Shown here: piece by piece, positions 44,347-53,741 of the stretch
How positions within the stretch are numbered: the first letter of the stretch is position 1
Layout of the letters: each line of letters starts with the position of its first letter
DNA from: an uncultured Gemmatimonadales bacterium
GTDB lineage: Bacteria; Gemmatimonadota; Gemmatimonadetes; Gemmatimonadales; GWC2-71-9
Assembly: GCA_963739455.1 (NCBI GenBank)
Contig: CAVUAK010000001.1
Location: forward strand, 1,792,001-1,856,000
Length of the DNA stretch: 64,000 nt
Direction of reading: 5' to 3'
The notes under the pieces: generated by a model
Told to the model about the DNA's origin: nothing
Database searches by the model: none
Seen by the model: the letters and a program-made list of their open reading frames with translations, nothing else
Made by a program: the position numbers and the translations under genes

Positions 44347-44854
44347 GACATCATTGGGACCGCGGTTCACCGTCGAACGCCAGACTGGCGCCCTCCCCTC
44401 CATCGCGTGGCGATGGGATCCCGAGACCGACATCCTGTCGGGCACCTTCCGGAGTTCGGGAAGCTCCCGTCTCGACGGTACCATCGAGTTGACTGACGCC
44501 GAGGGCGCCATTGCGGTGCTCGATGTGGCCGACGGGGCGGTCGCTGGTCTCGATGTTGTCGTGTGGCCTGAGGTCACCTCGACCCGTGGGCTCGCGCTTC
44601 CCTCGAGCGTCGAGAGTGGTCGCGTCGTGCTCCGTGGTCCCCGGGCCGACCGCACGACGTCGGTGGAAATCGAGGCGGTGCTCACCATCCGCACCAATCC
44701 CGGCGAGAGCATCTATCACCTGAAGCTCGGCACCCTGCCGGCGGCGCGCGCCGTGCGGGTTGCCGATCAACTGCTGGTCGAGCTGGATGCGGAAGACGGT
44801 CTCGCGGGTTGCTGGCTCATGGGCGTGCCGCCGTTCCCGAGCCTGGATGACTAG
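44336..44854 (+). CDS. Hypothetical protein
   Basis: Overlaps both neighbours; contains WRWDPETDILSG; coding-like codon usage. Confidence 0.7.
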   Translation: MPPETSLGPRFTVERQTGALPSIAWRWDPETDILSGTFRSSGSSRLDGTIELTDAEGAIAVLDVADGAVAGLDVVVWPEVTSTRGLALPSSVESGRVVLRGPRADRTTSVEIEAVLTIRTNPGESIYHLKLGTLPAARAVRVADQLLVELDAEDGLAGCWLMGVPPFPSLDD

Positions 44855-45785
44855 CGACCTTACTGCTCTTCGCCGGTCGCTCGCTGCCGCAGGAATCACC
44901 CCCGCATCAGTCATACCGCCGGCGAGTGCAGGCCGGCGCGAGGAAGCCGAAATCCATCTCGCGAAATTGCTGGAAGGTGACCACGTCGAGGCTCGCGATG
45001 TGGGCGAACCGGCCGGCTGGCCCGATCCGGTGGCGTTCCTGGATGGGGTACAGCACTCCGAGGTTGTCGGCTACGCCGGGTCATCCCCGATCGTGGTGGC
45101 CTCGGTCGCGGCCGCAGTGAGGGAGCGCACCGGCCGCGTGCTTGCCACCAGGCTGGTAGAGCGGCGCGACCTTGTCATCGGCCGCCGGGCGGCACTCGAC
45201 GACGCAGGCTCCGCACTCGATGCCTTCGAGCGGCTCGAGCTCTCCGATTCCGATCCACCCCATCCCATTCGCGAGCTGGCACAGGCCGGTGCTGCCCTCG
45301 ACGACGCGCGGGGAGCACTCGAGGTCGCAGCGGGAGTTGCCTACCGGAATGTGAGTCAGGCCTGGCTGGTGGTGGATGGCTCGCTGGCCGAGAGCCCGGT
45401 GTGGGCGCAGGATCCGCGCATGGTGGGGGTGGCGAAGAGTCATTCTTCGCTTCCGTTCGACGGCGCTGACCTCGAGGCTTACCTCAGGCTGCCGCCGGGA
45501 CATCGCTCACCGATCTTTGCCCCGGCATCCCGTCGTCTCGCTCCCGTCCGTGCATGGGCAGTGCGGCTCTGGCCGTGGGAGGGGAAGGACCTGCTGCATG
45601 GCCTCATCCGCGTCGAGGTGGCCCCGGTCAACGGCACGCCGGAGATGGCCGACCGGATCTCACGCTGGTTGCTGGCCGAGCGTGCGCCGATCAGCGCTCC
45701 CGACCCGAGGTGGGATCGGATGCTGTACGGGATCCGTAGTGTCGAGGAGTTCCTGAAAGCGACGCGCGTCTCACCCCACCGTTAG
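44847..45785 (+). CDS. nurA: NurA-like 5'-3' nuclease (RNase H fold)
   Basis: AFLDGVQ, LVVDGSL and VGVAKSH motifs; directly upstream of HerA. Confidence 0.72.
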   Translation: MTSDLTALRRSLAAAGITPASVIPPASAGRREEAEIHLAKLLEGDHVEARDVGEPAGWPDPVAFLDGVQHSEVVGYAGSSPIVVASVAAAVRERTGRVLATRLVERRDLVIGRRAALDDAGSALDAFERLELSDSDPPHPIRELAQAGAALDDARGALEVAAGVAYRNVSQAWLVVDGSLAESPVWAQDPRMVGVAKSHSSLPFDGADLEAYLRLPPGHRSPIFAPASRRLAPVRAWAVRLWPWEGKDLLHGLIRVEVAPVNGTPEMADRISRWLLAERAPISAPDPRWDRMLYGIRSVEEFLKATRVSPHR

Positions 45786-45794
45786 GTTTGTTGA

Positions 45795-47726
45795 ATGCCA
45801 GCGCCCATTGGTCGCGTCGTTGCCACCGAGCTCAAGCCCAGCACCCCGCACCAGTTCTACTTCTGGACCGCGACGGAGTCTGAGGTCGGGATCGGTGCGA
45901 TTGTGCGCGTCGATCACCCGGGGCGAACCGTGTACGGCGTGGTTACCGATGGCATGGCCTACGCCGACCTGGCATCGCCGCTTCATGCCGTCATCGGCGC
46001 GGAAGGCGACCCCTCCGTTGTGGCGAACGAGCCCACCGCCCGCACCGAGGTGCGTCTTTTCCTGGCGGCCGTGCTGCGCCAGGTCCCCGAGGAACCGCTT
46101 CAGCCGGTGCCGCTCGGCGCCGTGCACCTCGCCACCGATGCCGACGTGGAGCTGGCGCTCCGCATGGATGCGTACACCCGCTCCGAGCGGCCCACCGGCA
46201 TTCCTGTCGGCGTCTACGCCCTGGGAGGCCATGAGTCGCCGGTGCTCCTCGATGCCGATTTCCTCCTCGGGCCCGAGGCGGCGCACCTCAACATCACCGG
46301 CGTGTCGGGCCTGGCCACGAAGACCAGCGCCGTCGAGTTCCTCCTCTCGAGCATCTTCCAGACCTTCCCGGCGCATCGCGGTTCCATTGCCGCCGTGTGC
46401 TTCAACGTGAAGGGTCCCGATCTCTGCTTCCTCGACCAGCCGGGCGAGATCTCCGAGCGGGATCACGCCCTGTACGACAAGCTGGGACTCGCCGCCGAGC
46501 CGCTGACGAAGGCCCGCTATTTCGCGCCCTTCAAGGCCGACGGCGTCAACCTCAACACCTTGCGGACGCACGAGGCGCTGCAGCACAACACCGAGCCGCT
46601 CGTGTGGGGCCTTCGCGAAGTGCTGGACTATGCGGAAGTGGTGATGAATCGCGATGACATCGACGCCAAGGCCGATGCCTTTATCGATTTCCTCGGCGAG
46701 CGTGTGGTGGGACGCGAGTTCACCGATGACCTGCTCCGTGGCAAGCCGTTCAAGGTCGAGAGCTTTGCCGACCTGGAGGAGTTCTTCCGGGCCATCTTCG
46801 ATTTCATGGAGGCGATGGGCCGGGGTGGAGAGGTGTGGCGCACGCATCACGTCGCGACCATTCGAAAAGTGCGCAACCGGCTCGGAAACATCAGCACCCG
46901 CGCGAAGGGCCTGGTCATCGATGACGGCGCCCCAAACGACCTGCCGTGGGGCAAGTTCGAGGACCGTACCGTCTACGTGGTAGATGTCGCCGGGGTTGAT
47001 CCACTGGCCCAGGACCTCGTCTTCGCCCGGTGCGTCTCCAAGCTGCGGGAGCACCTCGAGCGTCGAGATCTTGGCGTCGACCACGTCGTCGTTTTCGTGG
47101 ACGAACTGAACAAGTACGCCCCCGCCGACGGGCCGGACACCTACGTACGCAAGATGCTGCTCGACCTGGCCGAGCGCGGGCGATACCTCGGCCTCGTCCT
47201 GTTCTCGGCGCAGCAGTTCCGTTCGCAGGTGCAGCGCCGCATTGTTGGCAACGCCGGCACCTCTGTGTTCGGCCGGATGGACATGGACGAGCTGGCGACG
47301 CCTGCCTATTCCACACTCTCGCCGGCGATCAAGATCAAGCTGGCCACGCTTCCAAAGGGCGAGCTGATGCTCCGTCATCCGCACTTCACCCAGCCAATCT
47401 TCGCCCGCTTCCCGCGGCCGGCCATGCTGAGCGGCCGCGAGGGCGTCGAGCGCTTTCCGCCCGGGGCCGAGTTGCCCTTCGCGGATGCCGTGGCGCGGCA
47501 GCTCAGGCAGTTGGATCGTCGCGTGTCGACTGACGCTGTGCGCGCGCTGGTGGAGGGTCGCCCTGAGCTTGATGTCCGGCGGGCACTCGCCCTGACACGC
47601 CGCACCCGTCCGGACGATGTGCTCGCCTTCTTCACTGCGAAGCTGGGGCGCCGCATCGGCGGGGAGGTGGTCACGCCGCGGAGCACGGTCCGTCCAGTCG
47701 CGAGCGGCGTGGACCCCTATCAGTAG
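45795..47726 (+). CDS. herA: HerA-family ATPase/helicase
   Basis: N-terminal HAS-barrel-like region, HLNITGVSGLATKTS (variant Walker A), VFVDELNKYAP (Walker B), ERGRYLG, SAQQ. Confidence 0.85.
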   Translation: MPAPIGRVVATELKPSTPHQFYFWTATESEVGIGAIVRVDHPGRTVYGVVTDGMAYADLASPLHAVIGAEGDPSVVANEPTARTEVRLFLAAVLRQVPEEPLQPVPLGAVHLATDADVELALRMDAYTRSERPTGIPVGVYALGGHESPVLLDADFLLGPEAAHLNITGVSGLATKTSAVEFLLSSIFQTFPAHRGSIAAVCFNVKGPDLCFLDQPGEISERDHALYDKLGLAAEPLTKARYFAPFKADGVNLNTLRTHEALQHNTEPLVWGLREVLDYAEVVMNRDDIDAKADAFIDFLGERVVGREFTDDLLRGKPFKVESFADLEEFFRAIFDFMEAMGRGGEVWRTHHVATIRKVRNRLGNISTRAKGLVIDDGAPNDLPWGKFEDRTVYVVDVAGVDPLAQDLVFARCVSKLREHLERRDLGVDHVVVFVDELNKYAPADGPDTYVRKMLLDLAERGRYLGLVLFSAQQFRSQVQRRIVGNAGTSVFGRMDMDELATPAYSTLSPAIKIKLATLPKGELMLRHPHFTQPIFARFPRPAMLSGREGVERFPPGAELPFADAVARQLRQLDRRVSTDAVRALVEGRPELDVRRALALTRRTRPDDVLAFFTAKLGRRIGGEVVTPRSTVRPVASGVDPYQ

Positions 47727-47765
47727 CCGCTTGCCCCTCGGGGCGCATCGCTCCATTCTCTACTC

Positions 47766-48953
47766 GTGAAACTCGCCCATATCGCGGATTCCCACCTGGG
47801 AATCCGTCAGTACCATCGCCAGACCCCCACGGGCATCAACCAGCGGGAAGCCGACGTCGCCAACGCCTTCCGCGGCGCCATCGACGACGTCATCGCGCAG
47901 CGTCCCGACGTGGTCATCATCGCCGGCGATCTTTTCCATTCAGTGCGTCCTACCAATGCCGCGATCGTCTTCGCCTTTCGCCAGTTCCAGCGCCTGCGGG
48001 AGGCCCTGGGCCCCGATGTCCCGGTCATCATCGTCGCCGGCAACCACGACACGCCCCGCTCCTCCGAAACCGGCAGCATCCTCCGGCTGTTCGAGGAGCT
48101 TGGCATTGCGGTCGCGATCGATGAGGCGCGCCGCTTCGACTTTCCGGCGCTCGACCTGAGCGTGCTGGCGGTGCCGCATCCCGCGCTGCTCGCGCCTGAC
48201 CCGCCGGAGATGAGGCCCACCGGCTCAGCCAGGTATCACGTCCTCGCGATTCATGCCGAAGCGCCGGGGCTGCTGCCCGCGGACCGGTCAGGCCTCGAGT
48301 ATGGTGGCGTGATCGTCACCCCCGAGCAGATCGGATCCGGGGCCTGGAACTACGTGGCATGGGGCCATTATCACGTGCGTCGGCAGCTCGCGGAGAAAGA
48401 GTGGTATTCAGGCTCGCTCGAGTACACCAGCACGAACATCTGGGGCGAGCGCGCAGAGGAAGAGGCGAACGGCATCGACGCCAAGAGCTGGCTCATGGTG
48501 GATGTCGCGACGGGGACCGTGACGCCGCACAGCGTCAAGCACGCCCGCCGCGTAATCGACCTCCCGCCGATCTATGCCGACGGGCTCGGCGCGCCCGAGC
48601 TGGATGCGGCGATCGCCGACCGGGTTGAGTCCGTCCCTGACGGAATCGCGCAGCAGATCGTGCGGCTCGTAGTGTTCGACGTGCCTCGCACCGTGGCGCG
48701 GGAACTGAACCACGCACAGATCCGGGCCTGGAAGGCGGCCGCATTGCACTTCCATCTCGACCTGCGGCGGCCGGTGCGCAACCGGGCCACGGGTGTCGGT
48801 GCGCCGGGCCGGCGGCAGACCCTGCCCGAGGTGGTACGTGACTGGCTCAGCGATCGCGTCCTGCCGGGTGAGATCGATCGCGAGCGCTTCGTTGCGCGCG
48901 GCGTGGAGCTGGTGGAGCAGGCCGAGACCGACGGTGGGGATGTCGTCGCATGA
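47766..48953 (+). CDS. sbcD: Mre11/SbcD DNA repair nuclease
   Basis: AHIADSHLG, AGDLFH, AGNHD and AWGHYH phosphoesterase motifs. Confidence 0.93.
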   Translation: MKLAHIADSHLGIRQYHRQTPTGINQREADVANAFRGAIDDVIAQRPDVVIIAGDLFHSVRPTNAAIVFAFRQFQRLREALGPDVPVIIVAGNHDTPRSSETGSILRLFEELGIAVAIDEARRFDFPALDLSVLAVPHPALLAPDPPEMRPTGSARYHVLAIHAEAPGLLPADRSGLEYGGVIVTPEQIGSGAWNYVAWGHYHVRRQLAEKEWYSGSLEYTSTNIWGERAEEEANGIDAKSWLMVDVATGTVTPHSVKHARRVIDLPPIYADGLGAPELDAAIADRVESVPDGIAQQIVRLVVFDVPRTVARELNHAQIRAWKAAALHFHLDLRRPVRNRATGVGAPGRRQTLPEVVRDWLSDRVLPGEIDRERFVARGVELVEQAETDGGDVVA

Positions 48954-51373
48954 TCATCCACCGCCTGCGACTGGTGAACTTCCGGCAGCATGAGAACACC
49001 GAGATCGAGTTCGGCAACGGATTGACCGGCATTGTCGGCCCCAACGGCGCGGGCAAGACGACGCTGCTCGAGGCCATTGCCTGGGCGATGTACGGCATGC
49101 CGGCGGCACGCGGCACCAGGGAGAGCATCAAGCGCCGAGGTGCCCCGCCGCGCGCCAGCGTCGAGGTCGAACTGGTGTTCTCGCTGGGAGCACATCGCTA
49201 TCGCGTCGTGCGGAAGATGGGCAGCGCGGAGCTCTATCTCGACGCCTCGGACGCACCGATTGCCACCGGCATCGGGCCGGTCACCGACCGGGTCACGCGG
49301 CTCATGGGCATGCGGCGCGACGAGTTCTTCAACACCTACTTCACGGGGCAGAAGGAACTCGCGGTCATGTCGGCGATGAAGCCGACCGAGCGGGCGCAGT
49401 TCCTCTCACGCGTCCTGGGTTACGAGCGGCTTCGAGTAGGGCAGGATCGCCTGCGCAACGAGAAGACTGCGCTGCGCGCACGGCTCGATACGCTGCGGAG
49501 CGGGCTGCCGGACCCGGTCGCGTTGCAGGAAGCGGTCGCGGCCACCACCGAGCGATGCAACGCGACCGAGAAGCTGGTGACTGCCGCTCGCGAGCAGGTA
49601 CAGAAGGCGGATCGCCGCCACGCGGAGCTCGGCCCGCAGTGGGCGGCGGCGCAGAAGCAGCGCGAGGCGGCGACGGCGCTCGATTCCGAGCTGCGCCTGG
49701 CTCAGCGCGACGTGGAGACGACGGGCCGGGAGGTGGCGCGGGTTACAGTCGAGCTGCAGGCGGCGACGGTGGCGGCCGCCCGAGTAGCCGAACTGGGAAC
49801 GCTGCTCACGCTGCTTCCTGCCCTCCGCGAGGAAGCGGCGTCGCTCACCAGGGATGCGGAGGGCAACAATCGGCGCGCGGCCAAGGGGGCCGAACGGAAG
49901 GAGATCGTGCGCCGGCGGAAGGAACTGGCGAAGCTGCTGGACAAGGCGCCGAGCGAGACACAGCTCGAGAATGCAACGGTTGCCCTGAACACGGTGCGGG
50001 AAGCACGCGACTTCACGTTGCGGTCCCTCGAGGCGCGGCGCACCCTCTGGGTCCAGGACACGCAGGAAGCCAAGACCAAGCGCGAAGGCCTGCGCGACCA
50101 GTACAAGGACCTGGCGGAGCAGCGGAAGCAGATCGTGAGCGCCGGTGTGGAGGGGGCGTGCCCGACCTGCGGCCGCCCGCTCCGCAAGGAATATGAATCA
50201 GTGCTCGGGGTACTCGACCGTCAGGCTGAGGAAGTGAAGTTCAACGGCAGCTTCTATAACCAGCGCTTGGAGCAGCTCAAGGATGCGCCGGCAGAGGTGA
50301 AGCAGCTCGAAGAGCAGCTGCAGGAGCTCGAGCGCAAGCTGCAGGCGGCGGTGCAGGCCGGTGCGAGCCTCGCGGCGGCTGTCACGGAATCCACCAAGCA
50401 GCGGACCGAGGTCGCCCAGCTGGACAAGCGACTCAGTGCAATCGAGGCAGATCTGGCCGAGTTGCCCGGCGTGGTGTACGATCAGGAAAGACATGCCCAC
50501 GTACAGGCGGAGCTCAAGCGCCTCGAGCCGCTGAACCTCGAACTCGAGCGGCATCGCGTCGGCGCGGAGAAGCTGGCGGGCCTGCAGGACGCGGCCGCAA
50601 CCGCAGAGACCTCCCGGGTTGCGGCCCAGGCGCGGGAAGCCAAGGTGCGGGTGTCGCTGGCGGAGCTTGGATTCAGCGAGGAGGGCTACCGCGACCTGGA
50701 GGAGTCGTGGGGCGGCGCGGAAAAGGCGCGCCAGGATGCGGCGCTGGCAATGATCCGGGTGCAGGGCGACATGCAGTCGGCCGTCACGGCGAGGGCGCAG
50801 GCGTTGCGGCAGGTCGAGGAGCGGTCCAGGCGGGCGAAGGAAGCTGACGACGTGGCCCTGCAGCTCCGCACCAACCAGGAGCTCGATGCCGCCCTCGGCG
50901 ACCTGCGCGACGAGCTGAATGCGGCGCTGCGTCCCGATCTCTCCGACCTGGCATCAGTGTTCCTGCGCGACCTCACCAATGGCCGCTACTCGGAACTGGA
51001 GCTCGATGAGGACTACAAGACGGCGCTGCTCGACGAGGGCGAACCCAAGGGCGTCATTTCCGGGGGCGAAGAGGATGTCGCCAACCTGGCGCTGCGCCTG
51101 GCCATCAGCCAGATGATCGCCGAGCGCGCGGGACAGCCGCTGTCGCTGCTCATCCTCGATGAGATCTTCGGGTCGCTGGATGAGGACCATCGCGCCTCGG
51201 TGGTCGAGCTGCTGCGCAACCTCGCGGACCGGTTCCCCCAGGTCATCCTCATCACGCACATCGACTCGGTGCGTGACGGCTTCGATCGCATTGTTCGCGT
51301 CACCTTCGACCAGCGCCGCGGTGCTTCCATGGTGGCCGACGAACAGCTTGAGGGACATGATGTGGCGGCCTGA
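48950..51373 (+). CDS. sbcC: Rad50/SbcC SMC-family ATPase
   Basis: GPNGAGKT, coiled coils, CPTC zinc hook, ISGGE signature, LILDEIFGSLD, LITH. Confidence 0.95.
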   Translation: MIIHRLRLVNFRQHENTEIEFGNGLTGIVGPNGAGKTTLLEAIAWAMYGMPAARGTRESIKRRGAPPRASVEVELVFSLGAHRYRVVRKMGSAELYLDASDAPIATGIGPVTDRVTRLMGMRRDEFFNTYFTGQKELAVMSAMKPTERAQFLSRVLGYERLRVGQDRLRNEKTALRARLDTLRSGLPDPVALQEAVAATTERCNATEKLVTAAREQVQKADRRHAELGPQWAAAQKQREAATALDSELRLAQRDVETTGREVARVTVELQAATVAAARVAELGTLLTLLPALREEAASLTRDAEGNNRRAAKGAERKEIVRRRKELAKLLDKAPSETQLENATVALNTVREARDFTLRSLEARRTLWVQDTQEAKTKREGLRDQYKDLAEQRKQIVSAGVEGACPTCGRPLRKEYESVLGVLDRQAEEVKFNGSFYNQRLEQLKDAPAEVKQLEEQLQELERKLQAAVQAGASLAAAVTESTKQRTEVAQLDKRLSAIEADLAELPGVVYDQERHAHVQAELKRLEPLNLELERHRVGAEKLAGLQDAAATAETSRVAAQAREAKVRVSLAELGFSEEGYRDLEESWGGAEKARQDAALAMIRVQGDMQSAVTARAQALRQVEERSRRAKEADDVALQLRTNQELDAALGDLRDELNAALRPDLSDLASVFLRDLTNGRYSELELDEDYKTALLDEGEPKGVISGGEEDVANLALRLAISQMIAERAGQPLSLLILDEIFGSLDEDHRASVVELLRNLADRFPQVILITHIDSVRDGFDRIVRVTFDQRRGASMVADEQLEGHDVAA

Positions 51374-52310
51374 CCGGAGCGTTCACGGCCCGGACCGGGG
51401 AACGGTCGACGACGTCGAGCCGCTCAACCGGCTCTTCACCGAGGCATTCACCGATCGGTATGCTCGAGACGGGCTCACGGGTGTGCGCGTGCCGCCACTC
51501 ACGCCGGCGGTGTGGCGCTATGCCGTGGAGGATGCCGCCGAGGGCGCGATGCTCTGGCGCGATTCGGATGGCCAGCTGGCGGCGTTCAACATGGTGCACC
51601 AGTCAGGCACCGAGGGATGGATGGGGCCCATTGCAGTGCGGCCGGACCGGCAGGGCGCCGGCGTTGGCCGCGCCGTCGTGCAGGCCGGCGTCGACCTCCT
51701 GCGATCGCGCGGGGCCACCACGATCGGCCTCGAGACGATGCCACGCACCACGGACAACATCGGGTTCTACGGCACGCTGGGGTTCGTGCCGCGCCACCTC
51801 ACGATCACGCTCCTGCGCGATGCCGTGCGCGCGGTCGCGCGTGACGCATCACGGCTTTCTGCCGGTGACATCGCTGCCGGGGTGGCGGAGTGCGCGGAAC
51901 TCACGTCGCTCGTGGCACCGGGCATCGATTTCACCAGGGAGCTGGTGCTGACGCACGAAATGGGGCTGGGGGACACCACGATGGTGCGCCGGAGTGGCCG
52001 ACTCGTGGCCTTCGCGCTCTGGCAGTCCACGCCACTCGCGGCCGGACGCCCGCGCGATGAACAACGCGTGCTGAAACTGGTGGCGACAGATGCCGCGGCA
52101 TTTGAGCGTCTCGTCGACGGGCTTCAGGCGGACGCCATCGCGTCACGCCTCCGCCGGGTGGCGATCCGCTGCCAGACGGCCATGAGCGGTACCTACGAGC
52201 ACCTGACGCGTCGGGGCTTTCGCGTGCACTGGACTGACTTGCGGATGACGCTTCCCGATGCCCCCGAGCCGGAGACGAACGGGATTCTCATGTCGAACTG
52301 GGAGATATAG
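51357..52310 (+). CDS. Tandem-domain GNAT acetyltransferase
   Basis: GPIAVRPDRQGAGVGRA, NIGFYGTLGF; overlaps the sbcC stop. Confidence 0.85.
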   Translation: MMWRPDRSVHGPDRGTVDDVEPLNRLFTEAFTDRYARDGLTGVRVPPLTPAVWRYAVEDAAEGAMLWRDSDGQLAAFNMVHQSGTEGWMGPIAVRPDRQGAGVGRAVVQAGVDLLRSRGATTIGLETMPRTTDNIGFYGTLGFVPRHLTITLLRDAVRAVARDASRLSAGDIAAGVAECAELTSLVAPGIDFTRELVLTHEMGLGDTTMVRRSGRLVAFALWQSTPLAAGRPRDEQRVLKLVATDAAAFERLVDGLQADAIASRLRRVAIRCQTAMSGTYEHLTRRGFRVHWTDLRMTLPDAPEPETNGILMSNWEI

Positions 52311-52458
52311 GGCGCAGCACCAGCCAGCGCACGAGCAGCAGGATGCCCACGGCATACAACCCGTGCGGCAATCCACTCGGCACCTGTCGCACGAAGATGA
52401 GGAATGCCCAGGCAATGAGGGCTACGATCGCTACGGCAAGCGACAGCTTGGGCGTCAT
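52288..52458 (-). CDS. Small 2-TM membrane protein (56 aa, below the ORF-track cutoff)
   Basis: MTPKLSLAVAIVALIAWAFLIFVRQVPSGLPHGLYAVGILLLVRWLVLRPISPSST*, with AGGA upstream. Confidence 0.6.
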   Translation of the reverse strand: MTPKLSLAVAIVALIAWAFLIFVRQVPSGLPHGLYAVGILLLVRWLVLRPISPSST

Positions 52459-52475
52459 GCGGATTGGTTCCTGTG

Positions 52476-52504
52476 TTGACGGTCTGACTGCCGTGTCCTA
52501 AGTT
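52476..52504 (+). promoter_or_regulatory. Sigma70 promoter for the ncRNA
   Basis: TTGACG-N17-TAAGTT. Confidence 0.7.
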
Positions 52505-52510
52505 AGTTGT

Positions 52511-52662
52511 GTCGGTGGCGGGGATCTACGTTATCGAGCCGATAAGTTAGGCCCAGGGCCCAGATATTGTGGCTGCTGCCATGCCCCTCGGGGGAAGACA
52601 AAAGCCATGACGAGGGTGCCGAGCATTCCGGTTGGGCTTCAGTAACCCTCTCCGTCGCCGTT
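52511..52662 (+). ncRNA. ssrS: Probable 6S RNA
   Basis: Rod-like fold by eye: 52513-52524 pairs with 52649-52660, 52530-52540 with 52635-52646, a central bubble, and 52567-52574 with 52603-52610. Contains GAGCCGATA at the bubble edge, as recalled for E. coli 6S. Has its own promoter and terminator. Confidence 0.72.
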
Positions 52663-52671
52663 TCTTCAGGT

Positions 52672-52706
52672 AAGCGCCGACTCCAAGCGGGTCGGCGCTT
52701 GCTTTT
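52672..52706 (+). terminator. Intrinsic terminator
   Basis: AAGCGCCGAC/GTCGGCGCTT stem followed by GCTTTT. Confidence 0.75.
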
Positions 52707-52765
52707 CGCGCAACTTCGCGGGCACCACGGGGTGCCTCATGCATACCTAACGCCGGGGCTGCTCC

Positions 52766-53179
52766 ATGCCGAGATGCCGCGTGACGCGTCGTGTGCACTT
52801 CAATGCCGCTCACCGCCTGAACAATCCTGCCCGGACCGAAGCCTGGAATGCGGCCACGTTCGGCGCATGTAACAATCCAAACTTCCACGGCCACAACTAC
52901 GAGCTGGACATCAGCGTCGAGGGCGAGGTCAACCCCGACTCCGGCTATGTGCTCGACCTGAACACGCTCAAGCAGGTGGCGGAGGACCGTGTTCTGCGGC
53001 ACCTCGACCACAAGAACCTCAATCTGGACGTAGCCTGGTTTGCTGAGCTCAACCCGACGTCCGAGAATCTGGCCGTCGTGATCTGGCGCGAGCTGCGTGG
53101 CGCCGTGCCCGACGACCTGGCGCTCAGCGTTCGTCTCTGGGAAACCCCGAGGAACTATGTCGACTACGCCGGCGCCTGA
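52766..53179 (+). CDS. 6-pyruvoyl-tetrahydropterin synthase (PTPS/QueD family, CX5HGH type)
   Basis: [40 protein letters not shown]. Confidence 0.9.
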   Translation: MPRCRVTRRVHFNAAHRLNNPARTEAWNAATFGACNNPNFHGHNYELDISVEGEVNPDSGYVLDLNTLKQVAEDRVLRHLDHKNLNLDVAWFAELNPTSENLAVVIWRELRGAVPDDLALSVRLWETPRNYVDYAGA

Positions 53180-53741
53180 CCTCACGATTGCCCCGCACGT
53201 CCGCGCCATTCTCGCGGAACTGGGTGAAGACCCGGATCGCGAGGGTCTGCTGAAGACGCCCGAACGCGTCGACAAGTCATATCGCTTCCTCACGCGGGGC
53301 TATTCGCAGACCCTCGACGAGGTGATTGGCGATGCATTGTTCGAGGAAGCGCACGAGAGCATGATCCTGGTGAAGGACATCGAGTTCTACTCGCTGTGCG
53401 AGCACCATATGCTGCCGTTCTTTGGTCGCGCGCATGTCGCATATATCCCGCATGGACGGATCATGGGCCTCTCCAAGGCCGCCCGGATCGTGGACATGTT
53501 TGCGCGCCGGCTGCAGGTGCAGGAGCGGCTCACCGACCAGATCGCTGACGCGATCATGAACGCGCTGCAGCCGCGGGGTGTTGGTGTGGTGATCGAGGCA
53601 TCGCACCTCTGCATGATGATGCGCGGCGTCGAGAAGCAGAGTTCCCGCACCGTCACGAGTGCGCTGCGCGGGATCTTCCGCGACGACCAGCGCACGCGCA
53701 ACGAGTTCCTGCGCCTGGCGCACGCGCCCGGACACGAGTGA
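53157..53741 (+). CDS. folE: GTP cyclohydrolase I
   Basis: [45 protein letters not shown]. Confidence 0.97.
   Translation: MSTTPAPDLTIAPHVRAILAELGEDPDREGLLKTPERVDKSYRFLTRGYSQTLDEVIGDALFEEAHESMILVKDIEFYSLCEHHMLPFFGRAHVAYIPHGRIMGLSKAARIVDMFARRLQVQERLTDQIADAIMNALQPRGVGVVIEASHLCMMMRGVEKQSSRTVTSALRGIFRDDQRTRNEFLRLAHAPGHE

Noticed and set aside
45795..47726. HerA as an anti-phage defence system (Sir2-HerA type)
   Set aside because: Its partners are NurA, Mre11 and Rad50 in a housekeeping context with host-like composition; no Sir2 or other effector gene.
45771..47756. 661-aa minus-strand ORF
   Set aside because: Antisense shadow of herA.
52607..52645. 12-aa leader peptide MTRVPSIPVGLQ or a folate/preQ1 riboswitch before PTPS-folE
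   Set aside because: It lies within the 3' strand of the rod fold. A 6S-like RNA explains the region better, and no known aptamer consensus was recognised.
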